From assembly GCA_963841495.1 (NCBI GenBank), contig CAWJDJ010000017.1, forward strand, positions 248,896 to 312,895: 64,000 nt of DNA. Direction: 5' to 3'. This document shows, piece after piece, positions 39,790 through 48,604 of the stretch (its first letter is position 1; each line of letters starts with the position of its first letter). The notes under the pieces are model-generated. The model was not told the origin of the DNA. It did not search any database and worked only from the letters and a program-made list of their open reading frames with translations. This DNA comes from an uncultured Verrucomicrobiae bacterium (lineage in GTDB: Bacteria; Verrucomicrobiota; Verrucomicrobiia; Limisphaerales; CAIMTB01). The position numbers were made by a program, and so were the translations under genes.

Positions 39790-41217
39790 CTACACCGTCC
39801 AACCGTCCCGAGCCGGTCGATGCACCCAGGCGTTCAGTTCCGGGATGTTCGTCACCCGCATCTCAGGCCCGTCCCACATCACCTTTCTCCCCTTGCCCGC
39901 TTTCATCGCCAAATTGCCCAGGATGGCGAATTCCGTCAGGCGCGTGCCGTACTCGAAGGGCACAGAGGTCTCGGATTTGCCTGCGCGCACGGCGTCGAGG
40001 AAATCAGCAAAGATATTCTTGGGGCGCGGCAGCGTCTTCGGGGGCTCCGGGGTCTCATGCATCTTCTCGTAGGGCACGATGTGCATTCGATCCCCATAAG
40101 TGCCGGTGAAGATGACACCCTTGTCGCCGACATAGAGCGTGCCGCTGTCGCCGGAGTCGAGGCCTTCATCGGGATACTTCTTGCGAAGTTCAAGCAGGAC
40201 GTCCGGGAGGTTGCGGTCATCGCCTTTGACGGCGCGCAGGGAGCCGGTGGGTTGCCCGGTGGTCGTCGGGTTCAGGCCCTCGTACCAATAGGCCTTCAGT
40301 GCCGGAAGATCGCCGCGGGCCGGCACGTCCCAGCGCACCTTGCTGCCCACGGGGTATCGTTCGTCGCTGCCGCCCCGCAACTGTTCCGCCTCGATGCTGG
40401 TCGGGTGCTCGCACTTCAGCGCCCAGTAGACACCGTCGAGGACATGGCAACCCATGTTGCCAATGGAGCCATTGCCGAAATCGTACCAGCCGTGCCACTC
40501 GTGCGGATGCAGGTCCGAATGATAATCGCGGTAGGGCGCCGGTCCGATCCACTCGTTCCAGTGCAGCCCAGGAGGCACGGGCAGTGTCGGCGGGCGCGGG
40601 CCGACGCCGCCATTCGCCCGGTCGGTCCAACTGTGGGTCTCGGTCACCTTGCCAATGACGCCGGCCCAAATGTATTCGCAGAGCCGACGGTAGCCTTCGT
40701 CGCAGTGGCCCTGGTTTCCCATTTGCGTCGCGACCTTGCTTTTGGCGGCCATCTCCCGCATTGCCCGCGCCTCTCCAATGTCGTGGCAGACGGGCTTTTC
40801 GCAGTAGACATTCTTCCCCAACTGCATGGCGATCATGGCGGGCAGGGAGTGGTGGTGGTTCGGCGTCGCGATGAACACGGCGTCGATGTCCTTGCCCACC
40901 TTGTCGAACATCCGGCGGTAATCCGTGAACACTTGCAGGTCATCGGGGTTTCCCCCGTTGGACTTCACCCATTTCCTGGCGGTGACGTGGCGGCGCTCGT
41001 CCACGTCCACGATCGCCGCCAGGTGTTCCGCCTTGGTCGCAGGCAGGTGCGCGGAGAGCCCGCGTCCTCCAACCCCGATCTGCACCACCCGGACCTTGTC
41101 GCCCGCGTTGGCCGCCTTCAGGATATTGAATCGCCCAACCGACAGGGCGCCGACGCCGAGCGCCGAGGTCTTCGCGAAGGAACGACGGGACAGGGAATTC
41201 TTCATGGCAGGTTGCAT
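39790..41217 (-). CDS. Tat-exported Gfo/Idh/MocA oxidoreductase
   Basis: SRRSF twin-arginine signal, IGVGGRG, IATPNHHH, YCEKP, TQMGNQG, GNMGCHVLD. Confidence 0.92.
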   Translation of the reverse strand: MQPAMKNSLSRRSFAKTSALGVGALSVGRFNILKAANAGDKVRVVQIGVGGRGLSAHLPATKAEHLAAIVDVDERRHVTARKWVKSNGGNPDDLQVFTDYRRMFDKVGKDIDAVFIATPNHHHSLPAMIAMQLGKNVYCEKPVCHDIGEARAMREMAAKSKVATQMGNQGHCDEGYRRLCEYIWAGVIGKVTETHSWTDRANGGVGPRPPTLPVPPGLHWNEWIGPAPYRDYHSDLHPHEWHGWYDFGNGSIGNMGCHVLDGVYWALKCEHPTSIEAEQLRGGSDERYPVGSKVRWDVPARGDLPALKAYWYEGLNPTTTGQPTGSLRAVKGDDRNLPDVLLELRKKYPDEGLDSGDSGTLYVGDKGVIFTGTYGDRMHIVPYEKMHETPEPPKTLPRPKNIFADFLDAVRAGKSETSVPFEYGTRLTEFAILGNLAMKAGKGRKVMWDGPEMRVTNIPELNAWVHRPARDGWTV

Positions 41218-41480
41218 GATTGAGCGAAGCCCTAGTAAGCCACGAATGAGGGACGGGCACCAAACAAAGAATCGCGCGGCTAGTCGCGCCCTCTCGTCAA
41301 CTGAAACTCCCCTTTCCATTCCACACGATACGCGCCGCCATGCGTGAGGAGCGTTGAGGACAATGCCAGCCTGTCACCCGACCGAAACCGGCGCTTCCCA
41401 AACAAGCCGCCGGCAACTCCATGCAGGCGCAGCATCGAAGATTTCCATCGATGCCGGAGAAGCCCAGCAACCGGACCTCA

Positions 41481-41753
41481 GAGCCCGTCTGAAAATTAGG
41501 AAGGGCCCTGCGACGAGGGATTTTGTGCGAGGCCGAGACGGCGAGACCGGAGCATCCCCGCAGCGGGCTGTGACGGTCGAGCCAACGAAGGCCTCGCGCA
41601 AAAGACCCGTCGCCCGAAGGGTTTTCGCAGGAAAGGCCGCCTGGCTTCGTTGCTCCTCAGTCACAGACCCCTGAAGGGTATGCTCCTTCGTCCCGCCTCG
41701 CCATTCGGCCTTTCCTGCGAAAACAGGGCCCCTCCTAATTTTCAGACGGGCTC
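41481..41753. mobile_element. 273-bp MITE with terminal inverted repeats and TCA target duplication (IS5-family-like ends)
   Basis: TCA|GAGCCCGTCTGAAAATTAGGA...TCCTAATTTTCAGACGGGCTC|TCA; internal inverted repeats; no transposase. Confidence 0.88.
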
Positions 41754-41957
41754 TCAGGCTCATCCACAACAGGCTCCATGCCCGACCCAATGCGCGCGCG
41801 AATCGTCCGCCCCGGTGTCCTCGAGGATCACACGCCATTCGGCACGGTCGGCGCTCGGCACGCTGTCGCCCCTGCGTCGTCCTTCGAGCTCAAGCAATTG
41901 CCGCCAGGTGTCCCGCCTTGGTCGCGGACAGGTGGGCCCACGGTCGAGAGTCCATTT

Positions 41958-42422
41958 CTACCGCGCCTGCAACCCTTCCAGCGCGGCCAACCGCGAGGCT
42001 TTCGGATCGAAGCTCCAGAATCTGTCACACCTGAGAAGCACGGCGGATGCAACATGAAGCAAATCGTAAGTGCGAAAACCGTGGCGGCCGGTGTGTCGAA
42101 GCGCCAGTTCCTCAAACTGGGCCTCCAGCTCCTGCAAACCTATTTGAACAGGCCGCAGAAACGTCGGACGGGCCAGGTCCGTTCGAAAAGTCGCATGAGC
42201 CGCAGCCGCCTGTTCTGCCGTGATACGCACCTGGCCACGCACCTTGCCTGCGAACACGTGAAGTTGAAACGCGTTGGTCGTTTCCAGCCGGTGGAGCCAG
42301 GTAACCGGCAGGGGAGGACTCCCAGCGCACTGGGCGCGCGTGAACAAATCCGACGCCTCCGCGGACTCGGCCAGCGGGAGATACAATCGCGTGAAGAAAT
42401 TCGTGTCCGCGTAGGGGGTCAT
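41958..42422 (-). CDS. vapC: PIN-domain toxin (VapC family)
   Basis: [29 protein letters not shown] acidic PIN motifs. Confidence 0.88.
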   Translation of the reverse strand: MTPYADTNFFTRLYLPLAESAEASDLFTRAQCAGSPPLPVTWLHRLETTNAFQLHVFAGKVRGQVRITAEQAAAAHATFRTDLARPTFLRPVQIGLQELEAQFEELALRHTGRHGFRTYDLLHVASAVLLRCDRFWSFDPKASRLAALEGLQAR

Positions 42423-42670
42423 TCGCCAGCCAGGAGCTTATCGACGAAGCGGCTTTGAGCGGCCGGAATGTCCTTCGGAAAAATCTTGGCGGCGCGGGCG
42501 CGGAAATCCGGGAGTTCAGTAATCCGGTCCGGCCCGGCGTCCGGGCGCAGAGTGTAGGTGCGTCCATTGCGACGGCGGATCCGGACAGCTCCCTCGCGAT
42601 CGCACGCGTCGAGGACGGCCGCCGGCTCGCGATCCAGTTCCCTGACGGTGAATGTCTTCACGGCCGACAT
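42419..42670 (-). CDS. Antitoxin (Phd/YefM-like) cognate to vapC
   Basis: [36 protein letters not shown], 83 aa, overlapping the vapC start. Confidence 0.8.
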   Translation of the reverse strand: MSAVKTFTVRELDREPAAVLDACDREGAVRIRRRNGRTYTLRPDAGPDRITELPDFRARAAKIFPKDIPAAQSRFVDKLLAGE

Positions 42671-42724
42671 TTTGTCGGCGTCCGTCCGTCCCGTCAAGTT
42701 GTGGAATGATTCTACTCGCACGAG

Positions 42725-42870
42725 GCAGTGCGCATTTCCAAAGAGTGTGCCCCGGCTTGCCAGCCGGTCGATGTTCGGCGTCCGCGCCTGCGGATGGCCT
42801 CCCAAACAGCCCACCCAGTCGTTCAGGTCATCAATGGCGATGAAGAGCACGTTGGGTCGTTGCGCGGCGA
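42725..42870 (-). pseudogene. N-terminal fragment of a sulfatase
   Basis: [45 protein letters not shown], truncated just before the CxPSR motif. Confidence 0.75.
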
Positions 42871-44148
42871 CCGAGCGCTCCAACGGGAAATCGAAACCGA
42901 TTGGACGGAGGTCCGCCGCCTCGCGCAGTGCAGTGCCGATAACAACTGGCAGGATGTCCAGAATGCGATCCATGAAGAAGCCCGAACTCTCGAGGTCCGG
43001 AGTCCCTATGATCCCAATGAGTGAGCCCATGGAGTGGACCGAGTGGCTCCGGGGCCGCCGCGCCCGCCGAGAGACTGGCACGCGTGTGGCGCCCGAGGTC
43101 ATCCGCCGCCCCGACAGCTCCAGCGACAAGCGACTGCGCCCCTCCTTTCGCGGGGAGCGCGGCCTGCCCTTCCGCCCGCTGGAGGAACTTTGAACGACTT
43201 GTCAGCGTCGATTCCCTCCTCGCCGTTTCCCGGTTCACGGAGAGCACTCTTTTCCAGAGGTTGGACACCCATTGGGACTATGGACCGCGTAGCCGCCGAG
43301 GTGAGGAGGCGGACCGAGTTCGTTCCGCCTCCTTACCTCGGCGGTTGTGCCGCTGGAATGCTGCGCGCCTCAAAGGCGCCAGAGAGCCTCTTCGCAAAGC
43401 CGGACGCGCTGGACGATTGCCAAAGATTTCCGTGGAACAAAAAGAAGTGATCAAAGTGGGCCTTCGCCAAGGCCCTGAAGCTCACGGCTATTCGACCTGC
43501 CTGTGGACGATTGGGCGGGTGGCTGCACTGATCGAGTGTTCGTGGATGAGAGCGGCATCACTCAAAGGCCCCACCAGGTCAGGACCTGGGCACCGCGTGG
43601 CGAAACCCCAATCCTTCAGCACCATTTCAACTGGGACAAGGCAGTACGACGGATCGATCAAGGCCGAGCGGGTCGTCGATTTCCAGCGACACCTGACCCG
43701 GCACTTGCCCGGAAACCTACTGATCATTTGGGACGGGTTGCCTGCGCACCGAAGCCGGCTGGTGAAAAGCTTCCTGGCCGAGCTCGATGGCCGCATTTGG
43801 CTGGAGAAGCTGCCAGCCTATGCGCCGGAGTTGAACCCGGCCGAATACGTCTGGGGCTATTGGAAGAAACACGAGCTGCCGAACTTCTGTCCCAAAGATT
43901 ATGAGATTATGCACAACTCAGCAGCCACGCACGCAAGGCGCTGGGCCGCATGCGTCGCAGAAAGACATTAGTGGCGGCCTTCTGGAAGCAGGCAGAACTA
44001 TTCTAACGAGGCGCAGCCTCAGACCGACGAGACGTGTGGGGTGAATTCGACGTCGAGGGAGAGGGTTGGCGTTTCTGTCGGCGCCTCGTTAGAGGGGACT
44101 GCTTCGCAGTCCCCGGGCGTTTCGATGGACTCCGTTGGCGGAGCCTAG

Positions 44149-46570
44149 GTCTGCGCTTGCCCCGGAAAGATGACGCAGAGCATGAGTCATCGGCGTTTGG
44201 ATTTGACCGCCCGGCGGAGGTTCATGATTTGCACCATGTCGTGAAAGCGCGCATAGCCTTTCCACAAACTCTCGAATCCGGGATAGCCATCGCACTTTCT
44301 ATTCAGGTAGCCCCCGAGTTGGGCGATGAGAATGATGGCTTCACCAAGTGTGAGTCTTTTTTTTGAGCCAGCAGCTCCAAGACATCACACTCAGTCCGCT
44401 CGAACAGAGTGCCGCAAGGCAGCTCGGGAACCTCCCGTCCCAGCAAGGCCAGGAGCATGATTCTCCATGAAATCACCGCGTCGATGGCGATGGCTCTCAG
44501 CAGGACCTGGGCGCTGTGGTTCTGGTGCTCCAGTATCTTGCAGCCACTCTTCATCACCCGATGCCACTCCTCGATCCGCCAACGCCGACAATACCACTGG
44601 ATGCATTTACGGGCCTGCTTGACGGAGTCGATCTGAACGGAGGTCAGGAGCATCCACCGCACGGCCGTGGCGCCCTCCGGAGGATGAGTCTCCACCACCG
44701 AGATGGCCCAGAGATCCAGAGGCGCCTTGTTGCGGGTCTGCGGCGCGTTGGGCGCGCTGAGTGTCACCTTCTTGAATCGTACTTGGACACGGGCGTCTCG
44801 GGCCACTAAAGCCGGTCGACCCGGGGTCGAGGGCTTGGCCAGGTGTTCGCGTTGGCGAGGCACCGGTATCGTCAGGGTCCCGGCCAGGGGGGCCGCGGCC
44901 AACTCATCGAACAACTTCCGGTCGGTGCCTTCGAGGCAACGATCATATTTGGCCCGCACCAGCAGATCGGCCTTTCTCCCCGGGCGTCCGCGCCGCCGGT
45001 CAAACAACTCGAACATATCCCCCTCCCGATCGGTCACGTTGATGACTCGGGTGTCGGGAAGCGTCGCGGCGATGTCCGCAGCATCCTCATAAGCCTCCAG
45101 CCAGCGAAAGGACTCCTTCTCCTCGATCGGCCGATCGGTATTCTTGCCTTGGGCCGATTCCGGTGCATAGCCCTGCAGGCGCAACACTCCCAAGGGCATT
45201 CCACTGGCACCCACCGCCAGGCAACTGTGCAGGGCCAGTCCGCGGCTCTTGGCCCCGGTCTGGTTGGTCCCGATCTGGCCCAGGCCTTCACAGCCAGGCC
45301 GGGTGGAGAAGTTCAGATCGGTGGTGTCCTGAACAATCAACACCGTCTTTTCGTTCTTCATCCGACGGATCGTTTGGGCGCGATGCGTTTGCAGAAGACT
45401 TTCCGGGTCGAGTTGCTCTCGCTCGTTGTTGAGAAGCCGGTAATACGCTTTGAGATCGTGGCGATTACCTCCAGCGGCCTGGGAATAGGACCCGCTGGGT
45501 TGCGCGGCCTGATCGCTGACGATCTTCACCAGGCGCCGGGTGCGTCGCGGGTCCCCCAAGTCGCAGCCGCCAAATTCCTGTTCGGCCCAGCCCAGGGCGT
45601 CCAAGCCACCGTGCGCCTCCAGAGCGCTCACGGTGGGGCGCTGGACGCCCACGCGATCCGGGAGATCTTCCACCAGCGGGTAGAGATAGATGTCCTTGAC
45701 GCTCTTGCCCTCCTTCGGGCCTCCGTTGCGTCCGCGCCCCTTGGTCTGGCCGACTTTCTTCCAGTTGGCCGCCTTGTAGCAGGCGCCATCGTAGGTGGAG
45801 ACGTCCACGAAACTCTCCAGCAGCCAGGGGCGCAGGCCGTAGCGGCGTTCGAAGTCGTCGGCCACCCGACGGACGCACAACGCCAGAACCTGCGAGGCCA
45901 GGTTCTGGCAGCGAACGCGGGGACGGATGAGAAATCGGTTCATATTGAGGACCCTGGGCAGATGTTCCATGCGCTGAACATCCTGCCACCTGATCCACTC
46001 ATCCCGAGCCTCCAGATAGAGCGCGGCGCTGCCGAAGCCGATGCCCCCCAGCCATCCGTGGTCCGAAGCCACCAGATAGCGCAACTGTCGGCCGACCAGC
46101 CGGCAGTCCTTCAGCGGATGCTCGCGGATCATGAGTTCATTCCAGGTCCTGCGTTCCTCCTCCGTGCTCACCTCGATCAGGCGGAGCCCTTGGACATCCT
46201 CGACCGATTCGGGAACCGCCGCGGCTGCTTTGACCGAGTGACTCAGTCGCTGGGGGTTCCACGCCCGCGAGTCCGGCCCGGTGGGTGCCGGCAAGGTCCA
46301 CAAGCCCTGCGCTTCGAGGTCGCGGAGGGCCTTGGCCGTGGTACCGCGCCGGAGGTTGCCGTTGGGGTCACGCAGGTCGAGCCGGACACACAGCTCTTTG
46401 GCCAGATCGGAGCGCGTCAGAACCTGATCGCTCTCGAGCAGTTGCACGACCAACTGCCGGTGAGGGTCTTGGGCGAGAATCTGCTGAATGGAAAGCGGGC
46501 CATGCATCCCGATTGGGATACGCCACCGCGGGTCGAATGTCCCGCATCTTCTTCAGGGGCAAGCGCAGGC
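44149..46570 (-). mobile_element. IS4-family element with DUF4338-fused transposase, flanked by CTAG
   Basis: IRs GTCTGCGCTTGCCCC / GCCTGCGCTTGCCCC (14/15); CTAG at 44145-44148 and 46571-46574. Confidence 0.88.
44186..46507 (-). CDS. DUF4338 + IS4/Tn5-type DDE transposase; C-terminal domain lies in another frame beyond an A8 run
   Basis: DUF4338 motifs (GRQLRYLV, RFLIRP, LLESFVD, CYKAANW..VGQTKGRGR). Tn5-like WAEQEFG..DLGDPRR, VQDTT, TDREGD, WYCRRWRIEEWHRVMKSGC. In-frame stop at 44303; the shifted frame gives LTLGEAIILIAQLGGYLNRK..PG..SLWKG. Lower coordinate approximate. Confidence 0.85.
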
Positions 46571-46659
46571 CTAGGTCGGACCCGAAGGTCCGTATTGTTT
46601 TGACCGCGAGCGGTCGGTGGGCCATCGAAATGGCCCGGTGTCCACCAACGGAGCCCGCC

Positions 46660-48264
46660 ATGTCCATAGCACGAACCGTCGCCGAGGTCCTCAACAATCA
46701 CGTCACCTTCGAACTGGAAGGCATCGACCGGATGTACCTCAACCTCTACGTGCCCAGGCTCCAGACCGACGCCGGCGTCGCTGCCTTCTGGCGCTTTCAT
46801 CGCGGCCATCGCTTTGCCTCCTCCGCCCTGATGGATCCGATGACCAAAGACTTCATCCGGCGCCTCGAACGCTTCGCCAACGACCACGCCATCCCGGTCG
46901 TCAAGTTCGAGAAGGACCAGCGCAAGGACGACCTGGCCAAGGCTTTCTTCTCCAGGTTCAAGGCCGAGGAAGGCGTCGTGTTCATCGGCAAGGCCCAGGA
47001 GAAGACCCGTGTCTTTCGCACCGAGCGCCGGCGCAACCAGCACGGGGTCGCTTATCCCTGGATCACCCGTTCCACCGCCATGGTCAACCAATGGTACATC
47101 TACATCCGCGACTGCGATTTCGGTCCGTTCTTCCTCAAGTTCAGCAGCTATTTCCCCTACACCGCCAAACTTTGTCTCAACGGCCACGAGTTCCTCAAAT
47201 GCCAACTGCGCCATGCCGGTATCCCGTTCAAGACCCTGGACAATGGGCTGGCCTCTTGCGCCGATCCACAAGCCGCGCAAGCCCAGGCCGATGGTCTGAG
47301 CGCTGAGAAGATCGATGCGCTGGTTCGCAAATGGTTCGCCCGCCTGCCCCATCCTTTCCTTCGCAAGGATCGCATCGCCGGCTTCCGATACCAGGCTTCC
47401 ATTCTCCAGGCGGAGTTCTCCCTGACCCAGGTCCTCGACCAACCCGTCCATGGGCGGGTGTTCTTCGAGGAGGTCATCCGCGAGAACCTCGACATCGGAC
47501 GTCCCGATCAGGTCCAGCTCATTTTCGGTCGTTGCGTTCACCGACGCACTCCGGGCCGTTTCCGCACCCGGGTGCTCACCAGCGGGGTAATCCCGTCCTT
47601 GCACGTCGATTACAAGAAATCCCGCATCAAGCAGTACCACAAAGAGAATCAGGCTCTGCGGACCGAAACCACGATCAATGACACGCGTGACTTTGGCGTG
47701 GGCAAGAGCCTCAAGAATCTGCCGGCTTTGCGGCGGATCGGCTTTCAAGCCAACCGACGTCTTCTGGACGTCCAAAAGATCACGCAAGACTGTGCCCTGG
47801 GCGAAGTGGCCCTGCAGAAGATTACCGAGCCGGTTGTGGTCGACGATCAGCGCGCCCCGGGCCTTCGATACGGACAACCCCGCGTGCAGGCCCTGATGGC
47901 GGCCATCCTCGGCTTTGCCCTGCAGGTTCGTGGCTTCACCAACCGGGAGTTGCGCCAGCGCCTGACTGCCTTGCTCGGCCTTGCCGCCGATCGGATCTCG
48001 GTCGGTCGAATGACCTACGATCTGCGTCGTCTCCGCCTGCATGGACTCATCGAACGAGTGCCAAGGTCCCACCGCTATCGACTGACCAAGACTGGAATTG
48101 TCACCGCCTTGTTTTTCACGCGCAGTTACGCACGCGTGCTCAGATCGTGGATGGCGCAAGCTATTCCAGTCGACTGGCCGGGCAGCACTCCGCTTCGCAA
48201 TTCGTTCAATACGATCCTCCAAAGCATCGACTGCTTTATCGCTGAAGCAAAACTTACTCCCTAA
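46660..48264 (+). CDS. Putative transposase of unassigned family: Rep_trans-like core plus C-terminal winged HTH
   Basis: 534 aa from MSIARTVAEVL. IKQYHKE...LRTETTIN resembles the Y-x-K...R-x-E motif of Rep_trans/filamentous-phage initiators. wHTH: GFTNRELR...MTYDLRRLRLHGLIERVPRSHRYRLT. GGAG RBS at 46650. Confidence 0.65.
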   Translation: MSIARTVAEVLNNHVTFELEGIDRMYLNLYVPRLQTDAGVAAFWRFHRGHRFASSALMDPMTKDFIRRLERFANDHAIPVVKFEKDQRKDDLAKAFFSRFKAEEGVVFIGKAQEKTRVFRTERRRNQHGVAYPWITRSTAMVNQWYIYIRDCDFGPFFLKFSSYFPYTAKLCLNGHEFLKCQLRHAGIPFKTLDNGLASCADPQAAQAQADGLSAEKIDALVRKWFARLPHPFLRKDRIAGFRYQASILQAEFSLTQVLDQPVHGRVFFEEVIRENLDIGRPDQVQLIFGRCVHRRTPGRFRTRVLTSGVIPSLHVDYKKSRIKQYHKENQALRTETTINDTRDFGVGKSLKNLPALRRIGFQANRRLLDVQKITQDCALGEVALQKITEPVVVDDQRAPGLRYGQPRVQALMAAILGFALQVRGFTNRELRQRLTALLGLAADRISVGRMTYDLRRLRLHGLIERVPRSHRYRLTKTGIVTALFFTRSYARVLRSWMAQAIPVDWPGSTPLRNSFNTILQSIDCFIAEAKLTP

Positions 48265-48409
48265 TTTTTGACTCAAAGACATCACATTTCAGAAAACAAG
48301 GACTCTAGAGTGTCCCTATATTATGCGGCACTCAATAAATTGATTCTGTCCATGTGTGCATTCTGTTTGCCGTTTTGCCTCTTGTGAGGCGGGTTTTAGA
48401 CGCCCTCAG

Positions 48410-48520
48410 AGTGCACACCGCGGTACGCGATGGAAGCCCTTGGTCACAACAGCAAGGCAGTCCACCTGGGCTATGTGCTGAAGGCCCATGCTCGATTGCC
48501 GTCGCCCCAAAATTACCGTC
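48410..48520 (+). pseudogene. C-terminal remnant of a tyrosine recombinase/integrase
   Basis: RYAMEALGHNSKAVHLGY matches the LGH-x-S...Y box II pattern; no upstream part. Confidence 0.55.
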
Positions 48521-48604
48521 CCGCTTCCCGGAGGGGGCGCCGCACCAATCTCGTTGACGGAGGCGACAGTTGGAATTGGGACTGGGTCGGGACAGGTTCT
48601 ACAT

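Larger units (their letters stand above)
44006..48307 (+). mobile_element. Insertion element without terminal inverted repeats, flanked by TCTA, with a structured 5' leader and one large ORF
   Basis: Removing 44006-48307 restores the IS630 end GAACTATTCTAGAGTGTCCC. TCTA lies at 44002-44005 and 48304-48307. No terminal inverted repeats seen. Confidence 0.75.
43340..48337 (+). mobile_element. Degenerate IS630-family copy (43340-44005 plus right end 48308-48337), split by a nested insertion
   Basis: Near-identical to 52840-53624 but with internal deletions; WDGLPAH and LPAYAPELNP motifs. The right IR (rc TATTGAGTGCCGCATAATATAGGGACA) matches the left IR of copy 2 (TATTGAGAATCGCCTTTTATAGTGACA). 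Confidence 0.82.

Noticed and set aside
42419-43129. 236-aa sulfatase-antitoxin fusion protein
   Set aside because: Better explained as a chance in-frame join of gene fragments and a separate 83-aa antitoxin.
44303-46507. Druantia anti-phage system suggested by DUF4338
   Set aside because: The domain is fused to an IS4 DDE inside inverted repeats, and no DruE helicase or other dru genes are present.
46660-48264. MarR-family regulator or IS110 recombinase
   Set aside because: The wHTH is only the C-terminal part, no N-terminal DEDD (GxD) motif is seen, and the gene sits in a discrete insertion.
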